The notes under the pieces: model-generated | The model's input: only the letters and a program-made list of their open reading frames with translations | Databases searched by the model: none | What the model was told of the DNA's origin: nothing | In this document: one piece after another, positions 1 to 9,771 of the stretch | Numbering within the stretch: the stretch's first letter is position 1 | How the letters are laid out: each line of letters opens with the position of its first letter | Source of the DNA: a virus | Lineage: Duplodnaviria; Heunggongvirae; Uroviricota; Caudoviricetes | IMG/VR virus record: IMGVR_UViG_3300010213_000001 | Location: 116,701 to 180,700 of that record | Strand: one strand, 5' to 3' | DNA: 64,000 nt | Position numbers and translations under genes: made by a program

Positions 1-1
1 A

Positions 2-655
2 TTCAATCTGCTCTTTAATGAGAGAATGCATATGTTCTTCGGATATTGATTCTATACAATCTATAGGAACAATAGAACAATTATTGTTAAAATCCATAAT
101 TCCAACAGTTAGCACACTTTGGTTATTAAGTCCATAAGGAACTGCTACAGAATCAGTAGTAACTCTGGATACAGTACCCACAGGAATAATAGAATGCTTA
201 TCTACGTCTATTGCACTACCCAAAGTACTAGATATAAGGTTCTTAATAGTATTATTCAAAGTTAATAATTTACTGTCTGAGGTTACTACTACTAGATCTC
301 CATATTTAACCTTATTGTTGTTTAAACTAAGGTTATCTTGAGCTGTAACAAAATGATAGTATGAGTTAGTTGGGTTAGAGTTAGACTCTACGTACTCTTC
401 ATAAGTATCGAAGAGCATATCTTCTATATCATTCCCAACTATTTCAAAGTATGGGTCCTCTGTGAATATCTCAACTCCATCTTGAGTAGTAAACAAGAAA
501 TCTTTAAATACATGCTTATTTTTTGAGTAAAGCTCCATAGATATGGAGTATCCCAGTTTATTTAGTAGGTTATCACTATGTTTGTCATATTCATAAACCC
601 CTATTGGATTTACAATATTGTTTACAGATAGTGGAGTAGTTAATAGTACTTTCAT
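2..655 (-). CDS. hypothetical protein (partial, runs off the window start)
   Basis: Not in the ORF track. ATG at 655, translated by hand as MKVLLTTPLSVKQYCK...HSLIKEQIE, open to the window edge. Confidence 0.75.
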   Translation of the reverse strand, partial: MKVLLTTPLSVNNIVNPIGVYEYDKHSDNLLNKLGYSISMELYSKNKHVFKDFLFTTQDGVEIFTEDPYFEIVGNDIEDMLFDTYEEYVESNSNPTNSYYHFVTAQDNLSLNNNKVKYGDLVVVTSDSKLLTLNNTIKNLISSTLGSAIDVDKHSIIPVGTVSRVTTDSVAVPYGLNNQSVLTVGIMDFNNNCSIVPIDCIESISEEHMHSLIKEQIE

Positions 656-667
656 TGCTTATTAATA

Positions 668-925
668 CTAAATTAATTTTTTATTTTGTATGTCCTTTAA
701 AATTCCATTTTCATTATTAAAGTCTATATATTCTTCATAAGTCTGCTTGTAATGTAAATTAATACAAGTGGTGTCAACAGTAAACCACGGAGAGCTGTGT
801 AAGTTTTGTAAGTATAGTTTTGATTTATCAAATTGAGATAAGTTATTATATACTTTAATACATTTTTGTCTTGTAGACTCATTACTAACTGAGTCTATTA
901 ATTCCTTAAGTGTTTGTTTTTCCAT
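668..925 (-). CDS. hypothetical protein
   Basis: 85 aa ORF in the tightly packed minus-strand array; no motif recognised. Confidence 0.7.
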   Translation of the reverse strand: MEKQTLKELIDSVSNESTRQKCIKVYNNLSQFDKSKLYLQNLHSSPWFTVDTTCINLHYKQTYEEYIDFNNENGILKDIQNKKLI

Positions 926-940
926 GTCTATATTTTGGAT

Positions 941-1231
941 TTAGATATCATAAATATAAAATAAATATTTGTCTACACTATCACGTAGTTTTGTGAGCTT
1001 ATGCTTAAGTTTATTCAATCTATTCTTCTTATTTGGGACTTTAGAAAGTTTCTTAATTTTTCTAGATAACTTATTTATCTTTGAATTAAGTTTATCTTGA
1101 TTAGTTTCTTCAATACTTATAGTTGCAGCTCTGTTTATCCATTGCCAATCAATTCTTTGTATAGGATCATTTAGATCAAATGTATGTATCTTATCATTGA
1201 TTATTACATTTACAATATTATCCTGTGTCAT
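941..1231 (-). CDS. hypothetical protein, basic coiled-coil C-terminus
   Basis: 96 aa ORF with an AAACTATG start context. Confidence 0.7.
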   Translation of the reverse strand: MTQDNIVNVIINDKIHTFDLNDPIQRIDWQWINRAATISIEETNQDKLNSKINKLSRKIKKLSKVPNKKNRLNKLKHKLTKLRDSVDKYLFYIYDI

Positions 1232-1258
1232 AGTTTATATGTTTATGGTATAAAAATA

Positions 1259-1284
1259 GAGAAGAGAGTACGTACTCTCTTCTC
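1259..1284. terminator. perfect 26-bp palindrome, probable terminator
   Basis: GAGAAGAGAGTAC|GTACTCTCTTCTC between two genes; T-rich tract follows on the minus strand. Confidence 0.65.
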
Positions 1285-1301
1285 CTTTAAACTAACCTAC
1301 T

Positions 1302-1976
1302 TTATTCTTTAACATATTTTACACCATCAAATACTAACCATTTTATAGAGTTTATATTAACAGGTCTAATATTATTTCCAGATGTAATATCCATATCAAC
1401 ACAATCATATCTTCCATCTTCAGAAGTAAATTGTACTTTATAACCTCTTAGAATTCTATCGTCTCCTTCTTTGTAAGATAAAATAGGTTGATCTAGTATC
1501 TTATTTAATTCGTCTGCTATTTCTCTGTTTGTTGGTCTTCTATCTAACATATCTTGAAACTTGGATATTACAGCATCTTTAGCCATTTGTATATCTTTCT
1601 TAGAAAGATTAACATCCTGCTTTTTATAACAAACAGTAAATACCTGACTTGAATGGATATCTTGCCAAAGCGTTTTTATACCTTTTAATCTAACATCTCC
1701 TACTTGAACACTATCAGCCTTTATCTCTCCTTTTCTAACAGCATCATCTATTTGCTTAGCAGTCCATCTTTTATCCTCCACTCCAACTTTTATTTCTTGT
1801 GTATATTGATCTGCAGTTTTTAGTAAGTCTTTAACATATCCATTACCTAAGTTTACTTCTTTTCCAGATTGTAAATGTCTTACTTTTACATCATTATTAG
1901 TTTTAGATAAGACAACATAGTGAGATATTTCGCTTAGAATATCATTAGTCTGAATTTCATTAATATTTATAGACAT
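1302..1976 (-). CDS. conserved hypothetical phage protein next to the VWA gene
   Basis: 224 aa; FTVCYKKQ...RILRGY...GRYDCVDMD...RPVNINSIKWL looks like a conserved viral family (recollection, function unknown). Confidence 0.75.
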   Translation of the reverse strand: MSININEIQTNDILSEISHYVVLSKTNNDVKVRHLQSGKEVNLGNGYVKDLLKTADQYTQEIKVGVEDKRWTAKQIDDAVRKGEIKADSVQVGDVRLKGIKTLWQDIHSSQVFTVCYKKQDVNLSKKDIQMAKDAVISKFQDMLDRRPTNREIADELNKILDQPILSYKEGDDRILRGYKVQFTSEDGRYDCVDMDITSGNNIRPVNINSIKWLVFDGVKYVKE

Positions 1977-2027
1977 AGTTTATTTTTATTAGTTAGTTTA
2001 TTGTAGTTTATTAATTTATATACGAAA

Positions 2028-2720
2028 TTACTCACTATCTAGTACTTTAGAATAGAAACCAAGAGTTACATCTTCGCCACTCTTAACTGCATCTTTATAT
2101 AAAGCTCTAGCCTTAAGTGTAGTATCGAATGCTCTAGTAACCCCTTTACTATCGTTACTGTAAGTGAATAAGTTACTTTCTGATATCTTTAAACTCTTCA
2201 AGATATAAGCTCTATCTTCATTAGTTCCTAAGAAACTAACCGTATGTCCTTCTGATTCTAATTTACTAATAATATCATTTACTTCTTTTCTTTGTCTTGC
2301 TGTACTTGCATTATCTTCTCCGTCTGTAAATATATTTATTAGTACTTTAGTATTTTTATCTTTGTCTAGAGCTGATAATACATAAGTCTTATATCCGTAT
2401 ATTATGCTAGAATATAAGGCTGTATTACTCATAGACTTATTCAAAGCATTTGTGAGATACTCTAACGTCATATTCTTGTCTGAGTACTCTATTTGAAGTT
2501 CAGCATTAACTTTATCAGAAAACTGAACTAGTTTAATAGATTCTTCCTCTGTAATATTTCTTACAATTTCATGAACTCCTTTTAATGCCGCATAATACTT
2601 AGATCCAGACATAGATAAGCTATTATCTATAATGATAAGAGATAGGATTTTACTTTCTTCTTTTGTTTCTGTTGGTATAGTAGTTTGAGCTAAATTAGCT
2701 CTGTCCATTTGTACTCTCAT
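2028..2720 (-). CDS. von Willebrand factor A (VWA) domain protein
   Basis: MIDAS motif IIIDNSLSM, then NTALY and FTDGEDN. Confidence 0.9.
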   Translation of the reverse strand: MRVQMDRANLAQTTIPTETKEESKILSLIIIDNSLSMSGSKYYAALKGVHEIVRNITEEESIKLVQFSDKVNAELQIEYSDKNMTLEYLTNALNKSMSNTALYSSIIYGYKTYVLSALDKDKNTKVLINIFTDGEDNASTARQRKEVNDIISKLESEGHTVSFLGTNEDRAYILKSLKISESNLFTYSNDSKGVTRAFDTTLKARALYKDAVKSGEDVTLGFYSKVLDSE

Positions 2721-2754
2721 AGTTTATTGTTTTATGTAGTTTATTTTAAATTAG

Positions 2755-2764
2755 ATTAAATACT
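2755..2764 (-). promoter_or_regulatory. candidate promoter motif AGTATTTAAT
   Basis: Exact copies at 2755, 15860, 21048, 28951 and 53591, each a few tens of nt upstream of a minus-strand start. Confidence 0.35.
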
Positions 2765-2776
2765 TTTATTTGTAGA

Positions 2777-3577
2777 TTATAGTTTACTAATAAATTCAAT
2801 GTGTAATCTTTGTATTAATACTTTATCACTATACTCACTATTAAAGTAAGTCTCAAAGTCTGGTACATGCTCTATCCTTTGATCTAAGCTCATATCTATC
2901 CATTTATCAAAAGTCTCTTGCACTAACAACAAGTCTTCTTTAGTATCTTTATTAGTAGATCTTACTATATTGAATAGTAAAAAATAAGTCAATTCCTCGT
3001 TAGAAGATCTTAACTTATAAACTTTAGATCTATCTTCTATTATAGATATAGATTTATTTATATAAAGTGCTTGATAAATACAATCATCTAAAGCATTATG
3101 ATGTACTCCAACTCTGTCCACATTCACATGACCCCCTACTAAGTGAGTGAGTGTTCTTATGTCTCTATGTGAGGTGAATCTTATAAAGTTACCAACTCCA
3201 GTCTTAACAAGAGCATTAGTTAATATAGGAGGATCAAAAGTAGCATGGGACCAATACACATAATCTGCAGGGTTAACAAGCCAAGTTCTAAAGTCAGATA
3301 GAGCTTGTCTAATATCAACTTTATCTTCAACATTAACTATAGACTTAATTGCTTTATCCTCTTGTTTAAACCACCACTCTATTGTATCATAGTTAACCTC
3401 AAATCCATAATTTTGAAGAGATTTCATATTTATATTCCTAATAAATTTATCTTCTTCTTTAATATCATCAGGATTAACTTCATCTCCATAGAATCTAACT
3501 GCGCCCAGTTGTATTATTGGAGAATTGGCGTTGTTTCCAAGAGTTTCTAAATCAAAAGTTATGCTGGCTTTTTGCAT
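2777..3577 (-). CDS. DEDDh 3'-5' exonuclease/exoribonuclease (Rv2179c-like)
   Basis: TFDLETLG, SHATFD, HHNALDDC motifs. Confidence 0.85.
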   Translation of the reverse strand: MQKASITFDLETLGNNANSPIIQLGAVRFYGDEVNPDDIKEEDKFIRNINMKSLQNYGFEVNYDTIEWWFKQEDKAIKSIVNVEDKVDIRQALSDFRTWLVNPADYVYWSHATFDPPILTNALVKTGVGNFIRFTSHRDIRTLTHLVGGHVNVDRVGVHHNALDDCIYQALYINKSISIIEDRSKVYKLRSSNEELTYFLLFNIVRSTNKDTKEDLLLVQETFDKWIDMSLDQRIEHVPDFETYFNSEYSDKVLIQRLHIEFISKL

Positions 3578-3585
3578 GTGATTTA

Positions 3586-3906
3586 TTATTTAATTAAATC
3601 TAATATTAGTTTAGGAGTAAATATTATGTTATTTTCTTTCTTAACTTTATTATCCAAATTAGAATATGTAATAAATTTCGGTGTTATATACTGTAAACCT
3701 AATGTAGCTCTAAACATTTTTATAGCAATTCCTGCGTCAGATACAGATTTATTATATTCACTAAGTAATTGCTCCGACTCCAAGTTATTAGCTGTAACAA
3801 CAGTACATTTAGGATTTAATACTAGAGACCTAACTAACCAAACATTAGAGTTTGGTGGACCTCCCTTAAATAAATCTATAAAGTTGTATATATCTTTAAG
3901 TTTCAT
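3586..3906 (-). CDS. hypothetical protein
   Basis: 106 aa ORF in the array. Confidence 0.7.
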   Translation of the reverse strand: MKLKDIYNFIDLFKGGPPNSNVWLVRSLVLNPKCTVVTANNLESEQLLSEYNKSVSDAGIAIKMFRATLGLQYITPKFITYSNLDNKVKKENNIIFTPKLILDLIK

Positions 3907-4705
3907 GATCTAATAATTGAGTTACACAAGATTGTATATGTAAGAATGCGCCCAAAGCTACTTCAATATCACAATTACTAAAGTCTTCAACTAACATTAA
4001 CTTTTTATTATGGAACACTTCAAATTTAAATCTCCAATATGAGTATTCTGTAAAATTAGTTCTTAGATTAAACTCCACTTCATTAATAGAATTAGCTGTA
4101 AAAGTTATACTATCTACAAGCTTTCCAGTATCGAAATCTTCAGATATATCAGATCTATTTACATTTGACCCGTCACAAGTAACAATTGTCCCAACACAGA
4201 AAAATAATCCACAATTATCTATGTCTTTTGTATTAACAACATAATAAGTTATACCATCAATATCAATATTACTGCTAATATCTAACTTACATTGCTTACG
4301 CTCTATATATGTAGGACGATTTACATATGTTTCTTCTAGTTGAATTAGAGTACTCTTATGAGTTACAGGAGTCATATCTATTATTCTTGTCTGTGATTCT
4401 GTAGCTAACTTATTTATATAGTGAATAATTGATGGTACTGTAACTTTAATAGGAGAAGCTGTAGTTTCACAAGATATATTAGAGAGTTTACAGAATACTC
4501 TTTGCATATTGTATATGTCTTTTTCTGATTCTTTACTCCAAGCTAACTTGCTGATTGTGAGTTTAGACCATACATCATTATTAAATTCTTCGATAGATAC
4601 TTTCTTAGACTCTAAATAATTATACAGAGGGACATTGATCCTATTTAGATATTCTCTAACCATCAATTCATGATACTTTATATTATCTGGGGTATCTTTT
4701 TGCAT
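3896..4705 (-). CDS. hypothetical protein
   Basis: 269 aa ORF in the array. Confidence 0.75.
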   Translation of the reverse strand: MQKDTPDNIKYHELMVREYLNRINVPLYNYLESKKVSIEEFNNDVWSKLTISKLAWSKESEKDIYNMQRVFCKLSNISCETTASPIKVTVPSIIHYINKLATESQTRIIDMTPVTHKSTLIQLEETYVNRPTYIERKQCKLDISSNIDIDGITYYVVNTKDIDNCGLFFCVGTIVTCDGSNVNRSDISEDFDTGKLVDSITFTANSINEVEFNLRTNFTEYSYWRFKFEVFHNKKLMLVEDFSNCDIEVALGAFLHIQSCVTQLLDHET

Positions 4706-4707
4706 AA

Positions 4708-5256
4708 TTATATAGTTTTTAATATGTTGAATGGAGGAGCTACATCATTACATAATTCTGAAGCAGCTTGCAGAGCTTGCTCTATATTTGATACTGTATT
4801 AGGTGTACCACTTTGTAATACATATAGAGCTCCTGAAGCAATATCACCACCAGATCCTATTGCAGTAAATTCTCTAAAGTTCTCCTCAACTTGAAAATCA
4901 CTATAGATTATAAATAATCTATCCTTATATCCAACCATAAATTCTCCGCCTTTCTCTTCTCCCTCTTCTCCTGATTTTTTAAACCCATTATCATTAAAAC
5001 ACTCCTTTACTGCATCTATAAAACTTGTACACATATATTCAAATATATCTGTATCATGTATTCTTGGTAGAGAAAGTTTGAATCTCAGTAATTGGGACAT
5101 TCTTGGAGATCCTATACAACCTATTGTGAACTCTCCAACTTGAAATACTTTTGGATCCTTTCTTATAGATATCTCACTCCATCTAGTAGCAGCACTATCG
5201 CCACCTATAAATACACGAGAATTAGCTTTATCTATTACACCAACTATACAAGTCAT
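4708..5256 (-). CDS. Ntn-hydrolase, HslV/proteasome beta-like protease
   Basis: N-terminal M-T-C-I-V-G (catalytic Thr1), GGDSAA, K, AIGSGGDIASGAL. Confidence 0.85.
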   Translation of the reverse strand: MTCIVGVIDKANSRVFIGGDSAATRWSEISIRKDPKVFQVGEFTIGCIGSPRMSQLLRFKLSLPRIHDTDIFEYMCTSFIDAVKECFNDNGFKKSGEEGEEKGGEFMVGYKDRLFIIYSDFQVEENFREFTAIGSGGDIASGALYVLQSGTPNTVSNIEQALQAASELCNDVAPPFNILKTI

Positions 5257-5273
5257 AATGTTTTATTTTTTAG

Positions 5274-5423
5274 TTATTCAAATGATATACTAATATTTTG
5301 TAATAAGTTGTTATCTTCAAACGATACCTTTAACTCCTCAGCTATCTTATCTACTATCTCTTGTTTTGTATACTCACTATTACACATACCTGCTTCTATT
5401 GTTATAATTATAGTTTCTTCCAT
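5274..5423 (-). CDS. small hypothetical protein
   Basis: Likely starts at MEETII rather than the track start at 5483, which overlaps the upstream gene. Confidence 0.5.
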   Translation of the reverse strand: MEETIIITIEAGMCNSEYTKQEIVDKIAEELKVSFEDNNLLQNISISFE

Positions 5424-5427
5424 AGTA

Positions 5428-5856
5428 TTAGAAAGATATCTGTTGTTCAAGTTTAGTATTAAGATATCTAATGAACATTTCAACTCTAAATTTAGCTAAG
5501 TCATAATCTGATTTAGTAGTCTTACCTCTCATTCTCTTAACTTTTAAATCAAATACTCTAACAACTATTTTATCTTTTAGAATAACATAGTTTATAGTAG
5601 TCATTAAACTTACTTTATACGTCCGAGTTGGACTTTCTGAATGATTAAAACTATCTACGTATTTTATATTGATATAATTATCTACTTCCTTATACTTAAG
5701 ATCATGTCTATCAAATAATAAAATTATATCACTTTTGTTATAGCTTTCATTAAATGTTAATTTGGAAGCATTATCAATATGATAATATGTTTGAGTTGGA
5801 GAACAGCTAATAAATAATAAACTAAATAACATAATATAACTCAATAGTCTTTTCAT
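5428..5856 (-). CDS. putative lipoprotein
   Basis: Signal peptide MKRLLSYIMLFSLLFIS-C with lipobox Cys. Confidence 0.7.
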   Translation of the reverse strand: MKRLLSYIMLFSLLFISCSPTQTYYHIDNASKLTFNESYNKSDIILLFDRHDLKYKEVDNYINIKYVDSFNHSESPTRTYKVSLMTTINYVILKDKIVVRVFDLKVKRMRGKTTKSDYDLAKFRVEMFIRYLNTKLEQQISF

Positions 5857-5859
5857 ATA

Positions 5860-6147
5860 TTAGATATTTGTAGTGTTAATATCGATAAAATCGATTCCAT
5901 TATATACAACTGAGGTTATAACTTGATAAGTATTTTCTATCTCTCTAATAAGAAGATACGACTCTCCTATTGTAGGAGAGATATCCATATCAACTAATTT
6001 AGTGCAATTATCTAAGTTATTAATAATATATCCATACTCTTTTTCTGATAAAACAATAGAGTTTTCAGTAGGTAGAGCATTGTTAAACAGAAGTGCTTTT
6101 GTAAAAGAATTCATAGTATTAGAAATTAAACCAATCTTTACATCCAA
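5860..6147 (-). CDS. hypothetical protein
   Basis: 95 aa ORF; true start may be the internal Met (MNSF). Confidence 0.6.
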   Translation of the reverse strand: MDVKIGLISNTMNSFTKALLFNNALPTENSIVLSEKEYGYIINNLDNCTKLVDMDISPTIGESYLLIREIENTYQVITSVVYNGIDFIDINTTNI

Positions 6148-6847
6148 CTAATTCTGACCATCTAGTATAACACAACTTAGCATAGTCTATATAAAATAAA
6201 CCATAATCTCCTAAAGCAAATCCATCATTTACTTCAACTAGTATAGTTTTGCCATCTTTAGTTATTCCAAAATCTATACCATAAGCAAGCGGAGAAGATT
6301 TATAATCACTCACACATTGTTTAATTACATTATAATCTGGAACAACTGTATAATCTCCTTTATATCTACGCACATCTAATATCTCGCCATATCTAACAAA
6401 TGCTCTATACTCACTTACTAGTTCTACTGGTTCTGAACACCATATGTCATAATCTTCTCCTTGTACAGCTTTATTGACTAAATCTTTAGGAGAATTAACT
6501 ACTAGTCCAGTAAAGAACTTTTGCTGTTTAGGTTTTATGAATATACCTTCGTAACCTTTAATAGAATTAAAAGTACTTTCCCACACTTCTCTACCTAAGT
6601 AATCTCTTAGCTCTAAAGGATAGTCAAGAGGCTCCACTACATCTAAGTGTAATTGTCTTAATCTATTCTTAACAAATCCAATACCACCAATACATATATC
6701 TTCCTTATTAAAGGACACTATATCGTTAACTGTATCTACTATAGTACAGTGTGCTCCCATCTTTTGTAATCCCTTAAATGCTGAAAATGCTCCTAGTTGT
6801 GGATTAGGAGCATCATTCATCATATTTAGAATATAAGCGTTTACCAT
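6119..6847 (-). CDS. ATP-grasp domain protein (DUF4343/R2K-like)
   Basis: FIKPKQQKFFTG, SEYRAFV, YGIDFG, LVEVNDGFALGDYG. Confidence 0.85.
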   Translation of the reverse strand: MVNAYILNMMNDAPNPQLGAFSAFKGLQKMGAHCTIVDTVNDIVSFNKEDICIGGIGFVKNRLRQLHLDVVEPLDYPLELRDYLGREVWESTFNSIKGYEGIFIKPKQQKFFTGLVVNSPKDLVNKAVQGEDYDIWCSEPVELVSEYRAFVRYGEILDVRRYKGDYTVVPDYNVIKQCVSDYKSSPLAYGIDFGITKDGKTILVEVNDGFALGDYGLFYIDYAKLCYTRWSELVGCKDWFNF

Positions 6848-6856
6848 ATATTAAAG

Positions 6857-7048
6857 TTAAAACATTCCTTCGACAGTAGGTTTGTCTGACATGCTCTTTT
6901 CTAGAGCTTTATCTGCAGCTTTTTGTTCTAAGTCAGACATTGGCTTGCTATCCTTAAATAATTCATTACTTAACTTAATTAAAGTAAGCTGATTTTTTAA
7001 CTTAGCTTTAAACTTAATATGTTTCAATATCTTATTCCTCTTATTCAT
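6857..7048 (-). CDS. hypothetical protein
   Basis: 63 aa ORF in the array. Confidence 0.6.
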   Translation of the reverse strand: MNKRNKILKHIKFKAKLKNQLTLIKLSNELFKDSKPMSDLEQKAADKALEKSMSDKPTVEGMF

Positions 7049-7215
7049 TATTTTTTATTTAATGCGATTATAAGCAAAAAGTAATACAAGCATATATTTC
7101 TTATGTATTCTGTAGTAGTTATAATGCCTCCAATTAGATCTATAAAGTTTGTTGTTATTAATATTAGATACATTATAAGTAATACCTTATTTATATCTAT
7201 ATCATATTGTGTCAT
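7048..7215 (-). CDS. small membrane protein
   Basis: Not in the track. MTQYDIDINKVLLIMYLILITTNF...CLYYFLLIIALNKK; fills the gap and its stop overlaps the next start. Confidence 0.6.
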   Translation of the reverse strand: MTQYDIDINKVLLIMYLILITTNFIDLIGGIITTTEYIRNICLYYFLLIIALNKK

Positions 7216-7245
7216 TTTATTATATTATAATTAATGGTTCTCATA

Positions 7246-7563
7246 TTAATGAATTTTAGTTACCTTGCCATAAACCTTACTTATATTGGTCCAACCATTA
7301 ACGTGACCATGATTATTGCTTATTTGAACTCTATTTTTAGGTTTGTCAATTGCTGAGACTTTATGAGTGTAGTATTTGCCAGCTACCTTACAGTACACTA
7401 TATCACCAACTTTTAACTGCTCTATATCAGAAACGGGAGTAAGATCATGCTCTTGCCCTGACTTAATAATAGGTTCCATACTGTTACCTTTCTCTTTAGT
7501 TCTTTCTATATCTTTTCCTTCTAGTAACCTTAAAACCTTGTGTGGTAAATTTAACGATCTCAT
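7246..7563 (-). CDS. peptidase S24/S26-like protein
   Basis: GNSMEP (Ser), GDIVY, HKV (Lys) dyad pattern. Confidence 0.75.
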   Translation of the reverse strand: MRSLNLPHKVLRLLEGKDIERTKEKGNSMEPIIKSGQEHDLTPVSDIEQLKVGDIVYCKVAGKYYTHKVSAIDKPKNRVQISNNHGHVNGWTNISKVYGKVTKIH

Positions 7564-7577
7564 ATTTTAAAAATTAA

Positions 7578-7599
7578 AATTAAAACAATTATATACTAC
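7578..7599 (-). promoter_or_regulatory. 22-bp upstream repeat, copy 1 (candidate promoter)
   Basis: 21/22 identical to 15850-15871; both are intergenic, directly upstream of a start codon. Confidence 0.45.
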
Positions 7600-7610
7600 T
7601 TACTATAGCA

Positions 7611-8372
7611 CTATATACTAATTAAAAATTCATGAAAGGCTTTATTCCATCTTGCATCAGCTAAAGCGTTATGTTGATTAGCATCTTTTGCAAACATAGT
7701 ACCAATTCCAGTTCTACTTGTAATATCATCTGCTAATTGCTTTAAATCTCTACAGTAATATGGAAACCCACTAGGGATATTCATCATTATACCAAACAAT
7801 TGACAGAATACCACCCAATCGTAAGCCGAGTAATACCCATAAAATTTAACATCGTCGTCTAGTTCATCATTAAACTTACCAATCTCTTGACAAGTATAAC
7901 ATGTATCTCTTTCCCCGCAATCTTTACAATCTTCTGGGTACTCTTTCTCAGCAACATTACAAAACTCTTTTATCTCTTTAGCAATTTGTTCTCTAGATTT
8001 ACCATACTGTACTAGAAGAGCTTTAAAATATAGTAAATTTACGCCGTTATCTAGATCTTCCCAACAGTTTAAGGCTTGTTCTCTAGTGTATTTTCCTCTT
8101 AATTCAAATAATTCAAGATAAATAGGTTTAAGCACATTTTCTCTGATCCAATAGTAGGGCTCTTCATCTACGCCAGTTGTAGCTTGGACTCTATTCCACG
8201 CTTCAATTACATTAAATTCATTACAAATAGCATAATACTCTCTACCATCTTCACTGACCAACCCAATTGATATTAAATCAATAGTTGGTTTAGTTTCTCC
8301 ATACTTAATACCTACGATCCTTTTTAATTGCGGTCCTTCTAAGAATTCACAATCCAAGTAGTATTTTGCCAT
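7611..8372 (-). CDS. DEDDh 3'-5' exoribonuclease (Rv2179c-like)
   Basis: YYLDCEFLE, LISIGLV, SAYDWV, HNALADARW. Confidence 0.9.
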   Translation of the reverse strand: MAKYYLDCEFLEGPQLKRIVGIKYGETKPTIDLISIGLVSEDGREYYAICNEFNVIEAWNRVQATTGVDEEPYYWIRENVLKPIYLELFELRGKYTREQALNCWEDLDNGVNLLYFKALLVQYGKSREQIAKEIKEFCNVAEKEYPEDCKDCGERDTCYTCQEIGKFNDELDDDVKFYGYYSAYDWVVFCQLFGIMMNIPSGFPYYCRDLKQLADDITSRTGIGTMFAKDANQHNALADARWNKAFHEFLISI

Positions 8373-8374
8373 AA

Positions 8375-8998
8375 TTAGTTAGTAATGTTATGTAAAGTAA
8401 CCAGATCCAAATGATTAATTTGACTTGATCTTTTTGTTGTCGATTGAATACTTAGATACTCATCTATATTATTATAGTCTGCTATAGCTTTTTGCATAGT
8501 AGTTAATACATTTACAGGATCTAGTTGACCTGTACCCACACCAAATAAAGGTAGTAGTAGAATGCTGTCTCTGTTCCACGCACTTATTGCTGATAAAGTA
8601 CATAAATATGGTATTGTATCTCCAGATTCTATTTTTGATGGGGTCAACATAGTTGGGATATAGATAACTTCTTCAATGTCTAATTCAAACTGATTAGTAG
8701 GTATTTTAATAAAATTAGTAGGTGTAAGTAATAATCCTGTCTCTTTAATCTTGTTTTGAATTATAGGTTCTATCTCACCATTAAAATATTTATTTAAAGC
8801 TAAGTCAAATCCCCCAGACATAATACCAAAACTATTTCCAGGAGATACTAGAGATATGTCACCCTTACTCGATTGGATATAGTCAAATATATTACCATGA
8901 TATAGAGAAACATGAGTTGTGTATATATTAAAAGATTTGTTTTTATCAAACAAATCCTTAAGTCCATCTTGATTATTATATATTATTATTTTCTTCAT
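8375..8998 (-). CDS. macrodomain (ADP-ribose binding/hydrolase) protein
   Basis: LVSPGNSFGIMSGGFDLAL and LPLFGVGTG motifs. Confidence 0.85.
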   Translation of the reverse strand: MKKIIIYNNQDGLKDLFDKNKSFNIYTTHVSLYHGNIFDYIQSSKGDISLVSPGNSFGIMSGGFDLALNKYFNGEIEPIIQNKIKETGLLLTPTNFIKIPTNQFELDIEEVIYIPTMLTPSKIESGDTIPYLCTLSAISAWNRDSILLLPLFGVGTGQLDPVNVLTTMQKAIADYNNIDEYLSIQSTTKRSSQINHLDLVTLHNITN

Positions 8999-9672
8999 TA
9001 GTTTATTATTACTGCATTCTTATTTTCTGTTTCAAAATCTAAGTCAACATGATACTCATCAAAGCTATCAACAGTACACAATGTTGGTAAGTTAATAACT
9101 TGTTGATATGTATTACCTTCATCGTCATGACTATATACTACAGGATATAGTAACGCATCTGGATTATTTTTCACTATATCATTTAGAGCTTTTATTAAAT
9201 CTACTACTCTAATAGTATCATGTGATTTTGTCTCTGATTCTTTGTGTTTGACTAATATCCAATTACCAACTCTCTCCTCTAGAGCTTCTCTTAAGAATAT
9301 GTAATCTATGGAATCTTGAACTTCATCATCTATTTCATCAATTGGATTATAACTATAACATTGAAGTTTAGATAATAAGCTTTTTGATGCTATTATTGAA
9401 TCAGGGTATATATACTCTTCATACTCTTTAGATTCATTGTATAAATAGTTTCTCCATTTTCCATCTCTATTGTCTAACACACTATCCCATTGTTCGATAC
9501 TTAAATCTTTTACAAATCCTATAATATTCACATCTATATTCTTATCTGATACTCCTGCCCTTGAAAGTTTTAGATCTATTTCTAGATTTACTTTAGAAGT
9601 ATCTTTGGTCCACTTCTCCTCAATAAGTATCAGATAGAATATGCCTTTTTCAGTTGTAAATTGCTCTACCAT
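8998..9672 (-). CDS. hypothetical protein, probably two-domain
   Basis: 224 aa; C-terminal VVYSHDDEGNTY motif is common in phage hypotheticals. Confidence 0.7.
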   Translation of the reverse strand: MVEQFTTEKGIFYLILIEEKWTKDTSKVNLEIDLKLSRAGVSDKNIDVNIIGFVKDLSIEQWDSVLDNRDGKWRNYLYNESKEYEEYIYPDSIIASKSLLSKLQCYSYNPIDEIDDEVQDSIDYIFLREALEERVGNWILVKHKESETKSHDTIRVVDLIKALNDIVKNNPDALLYPVVYSHDDEGNTYQQVINLPTLCTVDSFDEYHVDLDFETENKNAVIIN

Positions 9673-9771
9673 ATTAAATAGACTTTAACTGCTAAGCTAA
9701 TTAATAACGCTAATGGATACATTATGATCTTGCCTATAATCATGATATTTGTTTTATGTTTAATCTAATAA

